64,000 nucleotides of DNA, taken from NCBI GenBank assembly GCA_963827275.1, contig CAWHAA010000008.1, positions 32,001 to 96,000 of the forward strand. Reading direction: 5' to 3'. Both the position numbers and the translations under genes were made by a program. The stretch is from an uncultured Spirochaetota bacterium. Lineage in GTDB: Bacteria; Spirochaetota; UBA4802; UBA5550. A model generated the notes under the pieces. It was not told the origin of the DNA. It worked only from the letters and a program-made list of their open reading frames with translations, and did no database searches. Position 1 is the first letter of the stretch. Each line of letters begins with the position of its first letter. This document shows, piece after piece, positions 44,146-54,870 of this stretch.

Positions 44146-44239
44146 ATTTCTTCTTACCTCCGTCGCAATACTATTACCGTTACATCGTCATTGCAAGTAT
44201 AATTTTCAAGCGTTTCGAAAATTGCGGCCCTTATCTCTT

Positions 44240-44366
44240 AATATATAGGAATCTGTTGCCTCATCAGTACAAGCCCAGGGGACACAAAGCATTTTATATG
44301 AAGCTGCTTCCTCTCAAGTGAAGCCGCCTCCAACATAAAAAAGCGCTGGACAGGAGCTTAAAATTT
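44240..44366 (+). repeat. 127-bp direct repeat, copy 3
   Basis: Identical sequence. Confidence 0.99.
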
Positions 44367-44367
44367 T

Positions 44368-44493
44368 AATACTCGGGGAAATACACCCTCATAGGTTGAG
44401 GCCCATGCGATTGAATGCATTTTATCAGCAATTACTTCCTCTTAGATTAAGCCCCCTCAGGCACAAAAAGCGCTGGACAGAGGCTTAATATTT
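44368..44493 (+). repeat. Full-length diverged copy of the repeat in tandem with copy 3
   Basis: Collinear with one 1-nt gap, about two-thirds identical by manual alignment; keeps GCATTTTAT, CTTCCTCT, AAAAAGCGCTGGACAG. Confidence 0.88.
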
Positions 44494-44549
44494 TTCTTTT
44501 ATTTTTCTGTTTTATCTGTTTCATATAAAAATTTTTCATAACCTCTTTT

Positions 44550-46184
44550 TCAGCGTATTATACACCTATAAACCATTAATCTCTCACAATCATCATCAAA
44601 CGCAACGACCGGCATATTGTCAGTCCCGACTGCTATAGAGCAATCATAGGCATAACCATAATCTATTATACCGATGGTTTGCCATGTGATTCCCGATACC
44701 CATTTCGCAACATGAACATCCGTATCAGAAATAGTATATTGCACGGTGGCAACCACCGGCCTGCCATCCGTACCAATAGCAATTGCTTTTCCGGATTCAT
44801 CATATATACTGGCAAGTCCGTAATCAATCAATGTTGAATCATCTCCACCCTTCATCACGTGGGCGCGATAATCGTTATCGCCATCGGTGAACATGAATAT
44901 CGGCAGGTTGTCCTGGCCCATCACAATAACCGGATTATATCCATTGGGAGTCAAATATCCTGGGTCTAACCAGGCAGTGCCGGAATCCCACATGAGCAAG
45001 CCCAATTTATAATCATTACTGTTATCCTGATATATCAGGGAAGGTTTATTGTTATTAGCCACAGCTAACGAGAAATGATTCATGGTGTAATCATCGAATA
45101 TACCCATGTCACTCCATGAAACACCGGATTCCCATTTAAAGGCTCTTATAAAATAACCCCAGTCCCAGTATTTAAGAAGGACGACGGGCCTGTCGTCAGG
45201 CCCGATGGCGATTTTCTTTTCCTGTAATTCGCCCCCCACAAGGCCAAGATCATCCCAGGAAGTGCCGGAATTCCATTTCATGACATGAGCCTTACCCCCA
45301 TTGGAACTATCCCTGTAAACGATGACTGGCTTACTGTCTGATCCAACCGCAAGTTCAGCCAAATAGTCATCGAAATAACCAAGATCATCCCAGGAATTTT
45401 CAGCATTCAATTTATACACGTGCATGCGCAATAAACCGTTTATCTCATCCTCGAAAGCTACAATCGGCCTATTATCCGGACCGATGAGTATTTTTTCATT
45501 CACGACATATTCCACATCCGGAAAGCCAAGATCCTCGAAAATGTTATAGCGGGCAATAGATATATCAGAATCGAATTTATCCTCTTTATACGCGTATGCC
45601 CTTACTTCCGTCATGGCATCAATTGTTGCAATATTTCCCGTTATCGCAGTGCTGCTCGTCTTCGGATCAGAGCCATCTGTTGTATATTTTATTGTGGCAC
45701 CTTCCGTTGAAGAAATTGTAACTTTCTGCGGTCCTACATATGAACCTGAAAGGGGATTGAATGCCGGAGTCGAACAGGCAGACCAGTTTATTGTATAGGC
45801 GGCTGTTGCAATTTCGCTTTCATGATGAAGCCGTGTTATCGCAATGGCCTTTATGGTGACCGATGTCCCATTTCCTGAAACCCGAATCGGTTCTTTGTAG
45901 ACCTTCGACCGAATATCCGGATCGCTCCCGTCAGTTGTGTAGTACACCGTAGCCCAATCGAGCATGCAATAAATTTCTACTTCCAGATCATGGTCATAGG
46001 TACCTGGCAAGGGGCTGAATTCCGGCGGGAATACATAGCCCGATTCGGAATAAGAAAAAAAGGGTCCACTATTGACTTTATTGGAATCGCGTTTGCAGCT
46101 GAAAGGGAAAATAGTTATGCATATGATTAATAACGCATAAAATGTATTTATATGTCGTATGTTTAATTTATTCGGCATGCCCAC
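44550..46184 (-). CDS. Lipoprotein with two chitobiase/FN3-associated (YTTDGSDP) domains and a repeat-rich C-terminus
   Basis: PFSC lipobox; P.FSP..G.Y...YYTTDGSDP twice; W..G.SW.D.G repeats. Confidence 0.8.
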   Translation of the reverse strand: MGMPNKLNIRHINTFYALLIICITIFPFSCKRDSNKVNSGPFFSYSESGYVFPPEFSPLPGTYDHDLEVEIYCMLDWATVYYTTDGSDPDIRSKVYKEPIRVSGNGTSVTIKAIAITRLHHESEIATAAYTINWSACSTPAFNPLSGSYVGPQKVTISSTEGATIKYTTDGSDPKTSSTAITGNIATIDAMTEVRAYAYKEDKFDSDISIARYNIFEDLGFPDVEYVVNEKILIGPDNRPIVAFEDEINGLLRMHVYKLNAENSWDDLGYFDDYLAELAVGSDSKPVIVYRDSSNGGKAHVMKWNSGTSWDDLGLVGGELQEKKIAIGPDDRPVVLLKYWDWGYFIRAFKWESGVSWSDMGIFDDYTMNHFSLAVANNNKPSLIYQDNSNDYKLGLLMWDSGTAWLDPGYLTPNGYNPVIVMGQDNLPIFMFTDGDNDYRAHVMKGGDDSTLIDYGLASIYDESGKAIAIGTDGRPVVATVQYTISDTDVHVAKWVSGITWQTIGIIDYGYAYDCSIAVGTDNMPVVAFDDDCERLMVYRCIIR

Positions 46185-46315
46185 CCCCCCAAAGGAATTG
46201 AATTATTAGACTTTTTATATGCTAATCCCCACAAGAGGTTTCTGTATATCTTGGATATCAATAATTAACTATTATTCAACAAGCATAATGATGGAAGAAT
46301 TTATGATTGTTCTTT

Positions 46316-46933
46316 TCATATAATCTCCCCGCTACTTGCTAAAGACGAGTATTCGTCTTTAACTCTGAAAAGAACGCCGAGGTTGACAAAGGGCTCGATT
46401 CTGGCCGTATATTTTCGGCCATCATTACCTTTCCATTCAAGCAATCCCACCCTGGCTCCACAATCAAGACTAAGAGTAATCAATTTCGCCATATTATAAT
46501 TGAACCCCCAAGCAAGCCCTAAATTGGTTCCAAAATGCTTATCATAAAAATCATATGAAAAATGTACATGTGGGCCGAGCCAGAACCTGAAATTTTGAAG
46601 TCGTACGATCCCGAAACCGAAGGAATTTTGCATATTTAGAAAATTATGATTCTCTTTAGCAACATAGAATTTTTTTTCATGAAGATAATTTTTCCTCTGC
46701 AAATTTGTGTAATCCAAATGCATACGATAATTGAACAGATTGTTTTTTGCAACAGTGGTGTCAATGATGAATCCCGCGCCAAGAAACATTCTATCACTGT
46801 ATTCATCTTCATGATATCCTCTATGGAACGTGGCCCCACCAGTGAGATGTACGCCGAGACCCACAGCATATGATTTTACTGTAATGAGCATAACAACGAA
46901 ACTCAAGAATAATACTAATGCATTTTTTTTCAT
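46316..46933 (-). CDS. Secreted/outer-membrane beta-barrel-like hypothetical protein
   Basis: Signal peptide (KSYA), alternating aromatic/Gly strands. Confidence 0.6.
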   Translation of the reverse strand: MKKNALVLFLSFVVMLITVKSYAVGLGVHLTGGATFHRGYHEDEYSDRMFLGAGFIIDTTVAKNNLFNYRMHLDYTNLQRKNYLHEKKFYVAKENHNFLNMQNSFGFGIVRLQNFRFWLGPHVHFSYDFYDKHFGTNLGLAWGFNYNMAKLITLSLDCGARVGLLEWKGNDGRKYTARIEPFVNLGVLFRVKDEYSSLASSGEII

Positions 46934-46955
46934 AAAGCATACTCCAATGCAGCAT

Positions 46956-47555
46956 TTACATATTGTTTTCAGCTGAGAGATCAATGAACCAAGCACTACC
47001 ACATCCTTCATTTAACATCTTCATGAGACTAAGCTTAACCACAAAGCCTTCTCTTTTCCAAATATAATTTTTTTCTCTTGGATCACCTGCTTGAAGATCA
47101 TAATGTATTATCGAGGATGATGCATCATACTCACCAATTTCATTTTTCAATTGCAAATAAATTTTATAAAAAAGTTTTTTATTGTATTTATAATCAATTT
47201 GATGGCATATTGAAGCATAACCTTTTTTCGAACAATAGATACATTCCTTTCTGAAATCAGTGGGTTGGATAATAATTTGTTTAATCTTATTTTTTTTTAT
47301 GTCAGATATTATTCTTATTCTTACACTTCCTATATCATGCCATCTACTATAGGAATAATTGATTATACCTTTTTCTTCAATTTTATTAATTAAATCATCA
47401 GTTGAAACTCTACTTTCATAAAAGTTAAATGGTTTAAATATCATAGGTAGATTCATCGAATTCTTACTAGTCACTTCAGTTGAATTTGAACAAAAAAGTG
47501 ATATAATAATCGATAAAAATGAAACAGTGAATAATTTATTAATTTTAATTCCCAT
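46956..47555 (-). CDS. AT-rich hypothetical lipoprotein, candidate immunity protein
   Basis: AGGAGA RBS, ISLFC lipobox, immediately after the M23 domain. Confidence 0.55.
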   Translation of the reverse strand: MGIKINKLFTVSFLSIIISLFCSNSTEVTSKNSMNLPMIFKPFNFYESRVSTDDLINKIEEKGIINYSYSRWHDIGSVRIRIISDIKKNKIKQIIIQPTDFRKECIYCSKKGYASICHQIDYKYNKKLFYKIYLQLKNEIGEYDASSSIIHYDLQAGDPREKNYIWKREGFVVKLSLMKMLNEGCGSAWFIDLSAENNM

Positions 47556-47567
47556 GATAATCTCCTA

Positions 47568-48137
47568 TTATTCTGGATCTGGATTCTCCCAAATCCTATT
47601 GTCAATCGGTTCGGTGTTAATATCCTGAAAAAAAGGAGCTGGATCAAGCCAGTTTGATGTTGGTTGGGCATTTGTACCTGGAGGATTATCAATATCACTT
47701 ATACCAAAATGAAGGTGATCTTCGCCTAGTTTTGTCAATCCTTCAGCTGAAGTATTACCTGTCCTGGCTATCTTTTGACCCTGTTTAACTGGATCTCCAA
47801 CTTTAACATCTCTCTCAATTAAATGAGAATTCCATGCATAAAACGTCTTTCCATCCATTTGCATTTTATATCTCATACCACCCCAATTTCCTGTAAAAAA
47901 ATCATATAATCTATTGCCAATTGTGTAATTATATGTAAATTTATAAACGACTAATTGGCCATAACCCTTAGTATTATACTCTGATCTAACAACAACACCA
48001 TTCCCAACAGCATAAACATTTTGACCTATATTGGCCCTTAAATCTACAGCACCATGACCATATAGCCCTGAATATCTATTATGTGTTCCAAACATATTCG
48101 AAATAGGATCGAATCGTCCACACTGATGGCTTCTTAT
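47568..48137 (-). pseudogene. 5'-truncated M23-family peptidase domain
   Basis: HGAVD (HxxxD), GYG, SHL, HLHF; frame stays open upstream of ATG 48095 up to the repeat junction. Confidence 0.82.
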
Positions 48138-48139
48138 TT

Positions 48140-48266
48140 AATATATAGGAATCTGTTGCCTCATCAGTACAAGCCCAGGGGACACAAAGCATTTTATATG
48201 AAGCTGCTTCCTCTCAAGTGAAGCCGCCTCCAACATAAAAAAGCGCTGGACAGGAGCTTAAAATTT
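48140..48266 (+). repeat. 127-bp direct repeat, copy 2
   Basis: Identical sequence. Confidence 0.99.
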
Positions 48267-48395
48267 AAGCCCGTGAAGACGAGGAACAAACAGCTCAAGC
48301 TTTTCAATGAATTTACCAGGCGATGGGTTTTCAATTCTCATGCGTATGATGCTGAACGCTACATTCAGGACCATGGCGATTTTCAATTATCCTAG
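48267..48395 (+). pseudogene. 3' end of an unknown gene cut at the repeat
   Basis: KPVKTRNKQLKLFNEFTRRWVFNSHAYDAERYIQDHGDFQLS-stop, open from the first base after the repeat. Confidence 0.45.
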
Positions 48396-49024
48396 GAGGT
48401 TTTCTTGTTAATTATTAGAGTTTTCATTCACCCTAAAGGGGTCGTTGGTTGGGCTACCTGGTCTCGAGGCAGCGCCGGATAGCGCACGGGGCCTGCTACC
48501 CTGCTCCTTCTCCGTGTTCCGAGCCTTTGGCTTGGTGAGTAGTGTTATGCTTTGTGTTCCGGTTCTCTGCCGGCCAAGGGATTAGTACTGGTTGTCGTGT
48601 GCAGGATTAGCGTCAGTTGGGCAGGGCCGACATGGTTTCCAGTAATAAAAAAACCGGGTCATACGAAAAACCAATCAATGAAAGAAATAAAATATGCTGA
48701 TATCAATATTGGGATATTTTCAAGTAAAAAGAAATAATATCTGAGGCCTTCTGCTGATTTAGGAAGTCTCAATACATTAAAATGATAAAATATTAATATA
48801 TATGGCTAAACCCAATAGAGGACTCAAATGGAATATTTAAAAACAGTGAATTTCCTTTAAATCCACTATTTATATCATAAAATCCATTTTGAAAGGTATT
48901 TAGAAATGGATTTGTGCCAGTCAACAGGCATAGTAAATGAACCACCTACACCTAAACCGAAACTTAAATTTATAGCCCAATGCCTATTCATTGAAACACC
49001 AAATCCACCACCCGCCCAAAGAAT

Positions 49025-49678
49025 TCAATGAATATGCATTGGCTCCCTTGCTCTACTTCTAATAAGTAAATAAAAAGCATCTTCTCTTTTATTTAAATTA
49101 TCATTGTCTTCAAAAAATAATGAATAATATTTATCCAAAGAAATCAATTCAATAGAAGAAATATCTTGAGGCCGTGATCTCCAAACAGTAGCAAAATGTA
49201 TATTACTAGATTGACCGCTACTATTTTTATAATATTCCTTATTACCCTCTTTAAATTTATCAATTAAAATTTTTAACACTGAGTTATAATAATTATTATA
49301 AAATTCAATTTCTATCTCAATACTATTATCCATTGGAGCGAAATGGTAAACTACTCTTGATATTTTATTTTTATCAAATCCAGAACCAATAAAATATTTT
49401 GTTTTGATACATATTGGAGCATTTAATAAATCATTTGTTTTTACAGAATCGCCATAGGGATTGAAACCACTAAATGGAATGCCTTTCCCCCTTAAAATCC
49501 GAACAACTTTTCTGCTTGTTAATTTGCTAATATCAATACCAAATATTATATCAGGAAAAGTAATATACATTTTCTGATTATCATCAGATAATCCACCTGA
49601 TTTCTTACAACTAAATATACTCAACAAAAAACATAAAATGAAAATCTTTGGCATACTATTTTTTATATTAATAACCAT
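49025..49678 (-). CDS. Very AT-rich hypothetical lipoprotein, candidate immunity protein
   Basis: IFSC lipobox; overlaps the stop of the upstream truncated ORF. Confidence 0.55.
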   Translation of the reverse strand: MVINIKNSMPKIFILCFLLSIFSCKKSGGLSDDNQKMYITFPDIIFGIDISKLTSRKVVRILRGKGIPFSGFNPYGDSVKTNDLLNAPICIKTKYFIGSGFDKNKISRVVYHFAPMDNSIEIEIEFYNNYYNSVLKILIDKFKEGNKEYYKNSSGQSSNIHFATVWRSRPQDISSIELISLDKYYSLFFEDNDNLNKREDAFYLLIRSRAREPMHIH

Positions 49679-49863
49679 AATCCCAACCCCAACTATACCT
49701 GAATATTATTGCATTTCCAAAGCCCCCGGTAGGACTTACATCTAAATAATCCCATAGAAGGTTAAAACTACTTCCAAAACCTGTAATACAACCCCATGAA
49801 CCACTATTATATAGTGACCCATCAGGATAGTAAGGACTACTTGTATCGTATGAGCCTATTCGA
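49668..49863 (-). pseudogene. 5'-truncated ORF, possible toxin C-terminus
   Basis: Open from the repeat junction; GSWGCI motif; translationally coupled to the lipoprotein. Confidence 0.45.
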
Positions 49864-49990
49864 AATATATAGGAATCTGTTGCCTCATCAGTACAAGCCC
49901 AGGGGACACAAAGCATTTTATATGAAGCTGCTTCCTCTCAAGTGAAGCCGCCTCCAACATAAAAAAGCGCTGGACAGGAGCTTAAAATTT
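49864..49990 (+). repeat. 127-bp direct repeat, copy 1 (transposase-proximal; oriIS-like end)
   Basis: Identical sequence; - strand ends ACAGATTCCTATATATT about 250 bp downstream of the transposase stop. Confidence 0.99.
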
Positions 49991-50116
49991 GGCGCGCGCT
50001 GCGAAAATTGAGAAAAATTTTTGAAAATGTGTAAAGAAAACCTACCCGCGAATAGTACAACAGCGGTTTGTCAAAATAGCAAGAAATTTTTGGGAATTAT
50101 TGAGAGAAATCAAGCA

Positions 50117-51349
50117 TCAAGGCCCCTTTTTCATCCTGAAATACCCGCCGACAAGAAGATGTGTCTTCCAGAGTTTCCTCCATTCCCTGTCGGCAAAATA
50201 CGCAAAAACAACTGATTCTGCCATGTATGCGCCACAGTCGGGGCAGATCTCAGGATTTGTGTCGAAAGAATGCTCTATGGCGTGCGCCCAGGTCTTTCGG
50301 GTTATCTGATCTAGCTTGTGTTTAATGCCATGCGCATATATCCCATAGTATCGTATCGCTTTGCGGTGCTTATCAGGCAGATAAAAGAGCATTCTTGCCA
50401 TGAATTCGTAAACGTCCAGGGTCATTTCAGAGTAGGTCTTTTCTTTCGTGTTACGGTCAACCCAGCTTTTATATCTGAACGTTATTTTCGCTTTATTATG
50501 GTTTATGCCTGTTATCATGCTGTTGTGGAAGTATCCGGCCGCGAGGTACTCGGCGGTGCGAAATAATACTTCGTTATTTGTGCCGATTACAGGCTGTAGA
50601 TGCACATGAAAGCCGTTTTTATATTTTTCCCTGATTATACGAACTTCTTCTTCGGATAGTATCCCGTTTTTCCCCAATAGGCGAAGTACGGCATTCATCC
50701 ATGAAAAGCGGATTCTTCGGTAGTTCAGGAGCGGTGAGCGGAGTATCTCTCCTGTTAATGTATTCACCAGCTCCCGCGTGCCGATCAGGTGCACATGCGG
50801 ATTGAAGTTCAGGGCATTGCCACACTTGTGCAGGGTGGCGATGCTGCCTGATTGCCATTCCCTGCCGGGATTACCCGTGCTTTTCAGGAGCTCCTTCCAG
50901 TACACGCCGGCCGCCGCGGTGATTAGGTCCTCGCACGGGAAGCGTCTTTCGAAGAGCGCCCGGGTCACCGGCCCGGGCAGGGTGAAGGTGACGTGGAAAT
51001 GAGTCAGGGTCGTGTGCATGACCTCCGACAGGTTCATGGACCAGCCGTACAGCTTTTTCCGGTGGCAGGAGAGGCAGAGACGGGATTTGCAGGTGAATGG
51101 TACCATGAGGACCGTGCCGCACTCAGGGCACACGTGCTTCCGGAACCCGTTTCGGTAGTCTCCGCACGAAAGGAGCTTCAACACCTCGGATATCTTCTCT
51201 TCGGTAAGATCGCCATAGAGGGGCGCAAAGTTTTTCTGATATTGCTCCCTGAATTCATGCCAGTATCGCTGCCATACTCCCTTGTATAGGGACTGCCTGT
51301 CCATCCCGGGCCGGTAGGGCGGCGTGATGTCGCTTGTGCGAAGGTACAT
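50117..51349 (-). CDS. IS91/ISCR-family HUH rolling-circle transposase
   Basis: Zn-binding CPECG...TCKSRLCLSC, H.TFTLP, NPHVHLI (HUH), RTAEY catalytic helix, IRYYGIYA, C-terminal CPDCG. Confidence 0.93.
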   Translation of the reverse strand: MYLRTSDITPPYRPGMDRQSLYKGVWQRYWHEFREQYQKNFAPLYGDLTEEKISEVLKLLSCGDYRNGFRKHVCPECGTVLMVPFTCKSRLCLSCHRKKLYGWSMNLSEVMHTTLTHFHVTFTLPGPVTRALFERRFPCEDLITAAAGVYWKELLKSTGNPGREWQSGSIATLHKCGNALNFNPHVHLIGTRELVNTLTGEILRSPLLNYRRIRFSWMNAVLRLLGKNGILSEEEVRIIREKYKNGFHVHLQPVIGTNNEVLFRTAEYLAAGYFHNSMITGINHNKAKITFRYKSWVDRNTKEKTYSEMTLDVYEFMARMLFYLPDKHRKAIRYYGIYAHGIKHKLDQITRKTWAHAIEHSFDTNPEICPDCGAYMAESVVFAYFADREWRKLWKTHLLVGGYFRMKKGP

Positions 51350-51591
51350 ACAGGGGGAACGGGCGGGTATATCGAAAGAGTAAAACTATTTTCACACGCG
51401 CCCCCTCCGGGGGGCGGGGGGCATGAAAATCTGGCAGGGCAAGCAAAGGCTACCTTCGTTTATGGGGTAGGCGGCCTCACGCCGCCGGCAGATTTGCCGC
51501 AAACAGAAATATTTCCTTGAAAATTAATCCCCTTTTTATAGATAGTGCATCATGCCCGCGGAAAACCGGGCGGCAAAGAAAGAGGTGCGCC

Positions 51592-54223
<2,632 letters not shown>

Positions 54224-54358
54224 TTGAGAAGGCGGGGCCGCGCGGTCCCGCCTTCATTCACGTAAATTATGAGACATAACGTGAAAAGGTATTGACAAAG
54301 CTAATTTTCCATTATTATTTGTTCCCATATCGTTACCACCCGGCGGCAGAGCCTACTC

Positions 54359-54829
54359 ATGGAGCAAGCGATGGGCGACTATGATCGGTATTCAAAGTAC
54401 CTTGTGCGGTCCGTTAACCATATATTCAAACATTTCCTCGATGACGCCTCGGTTGAGGAAGTGTACGAGACGCAGTCCCGGGTGAAGGACCCTCTCGTGG
54501 TCGTTGAGATCAACGGGACGATGAAGGGAGAGATCATCATCAACCTGCCGAAAAGGACCCTCGACCATATCACCGGCAAATTCGTGAATACCAGCGACGC
54601 GAAGACCATCAGGAAATACCACGGTGATGTCGCGGGCGAACTGGCGAACCTGATAACCGGGACCTTCGCGAACCAGATGCAGTTTCTGAAGCACGACATA
54701 AAGCTCAACGCTCCGGAATTCAATGACGACCCCCTGCTGGTCAAGACCCTGTATGAAAACATCAATCTCTCGTTCAGTTCGAAGTACGGCGGATTTGACA
54801 TCGATTTTTATTATAAAGATCTGCAATAA
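54359..54829 (+). CDS. cheX: CheX-family chemotaxis phosphatase
   Basis: G.MKGEIII.L, DVAGELANLITG (ExxN). Confidence 0.82.
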   Translation: MEQAMGDYDRYSKYLVRSVNHIFKHFLDDASVEEVYETQSRVKDPLVVVEINGTMKGEIIINLPKRTLDHITGKFVNTSDAKTIRKYHGDVAGELANLITGTFANQMQFLKHDIKLNAPEFNDDPLLVKTLYENINLSFSSKYGGFDIDFYYKDLQ

Positions 54830-54870
54830 GATCCACAACACACCTGCGGAGCGATTGCCGCGGGCAGGGC

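Larger units (their letters stand above)
33660..51486 (-). mobile_element. HUH-transposase-associated array of repeat-delimited DNA fragments (may extend left to ~30400)
   Basis: Transposase plus five identical and five partial/diverged repeats separating unrelated, mid-gene-truncated segments. Confidence 0.8.

Noticed and set aside
33886..49990. CRISPR array
   Set aside because: Repeats are 127 bp, spacers are kb-sized and unequal, and there are no cas genes in the window; the analogy is architectural only.
33886..49990. Integron cassette array
   Set aside because: No IntI and no RYYYAAC...GTTRRRY attC structure; inserts are multi-gene, mixed in orientation and truncated.
33886..49990. Independent MITE insertions into a contiguous region
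   Set aside because: No terminal inverted repeats or target duplications, all full copies are co-oriented, and flanks do not rejoin into continuous genes. Not fully excluded without the rest of the genome.
39697..51349. Prophage integrated at tRNA-Val
   Set aside because: The integrase is only a stub; no phage genes and no duplicated tRNA 3' end were seen.
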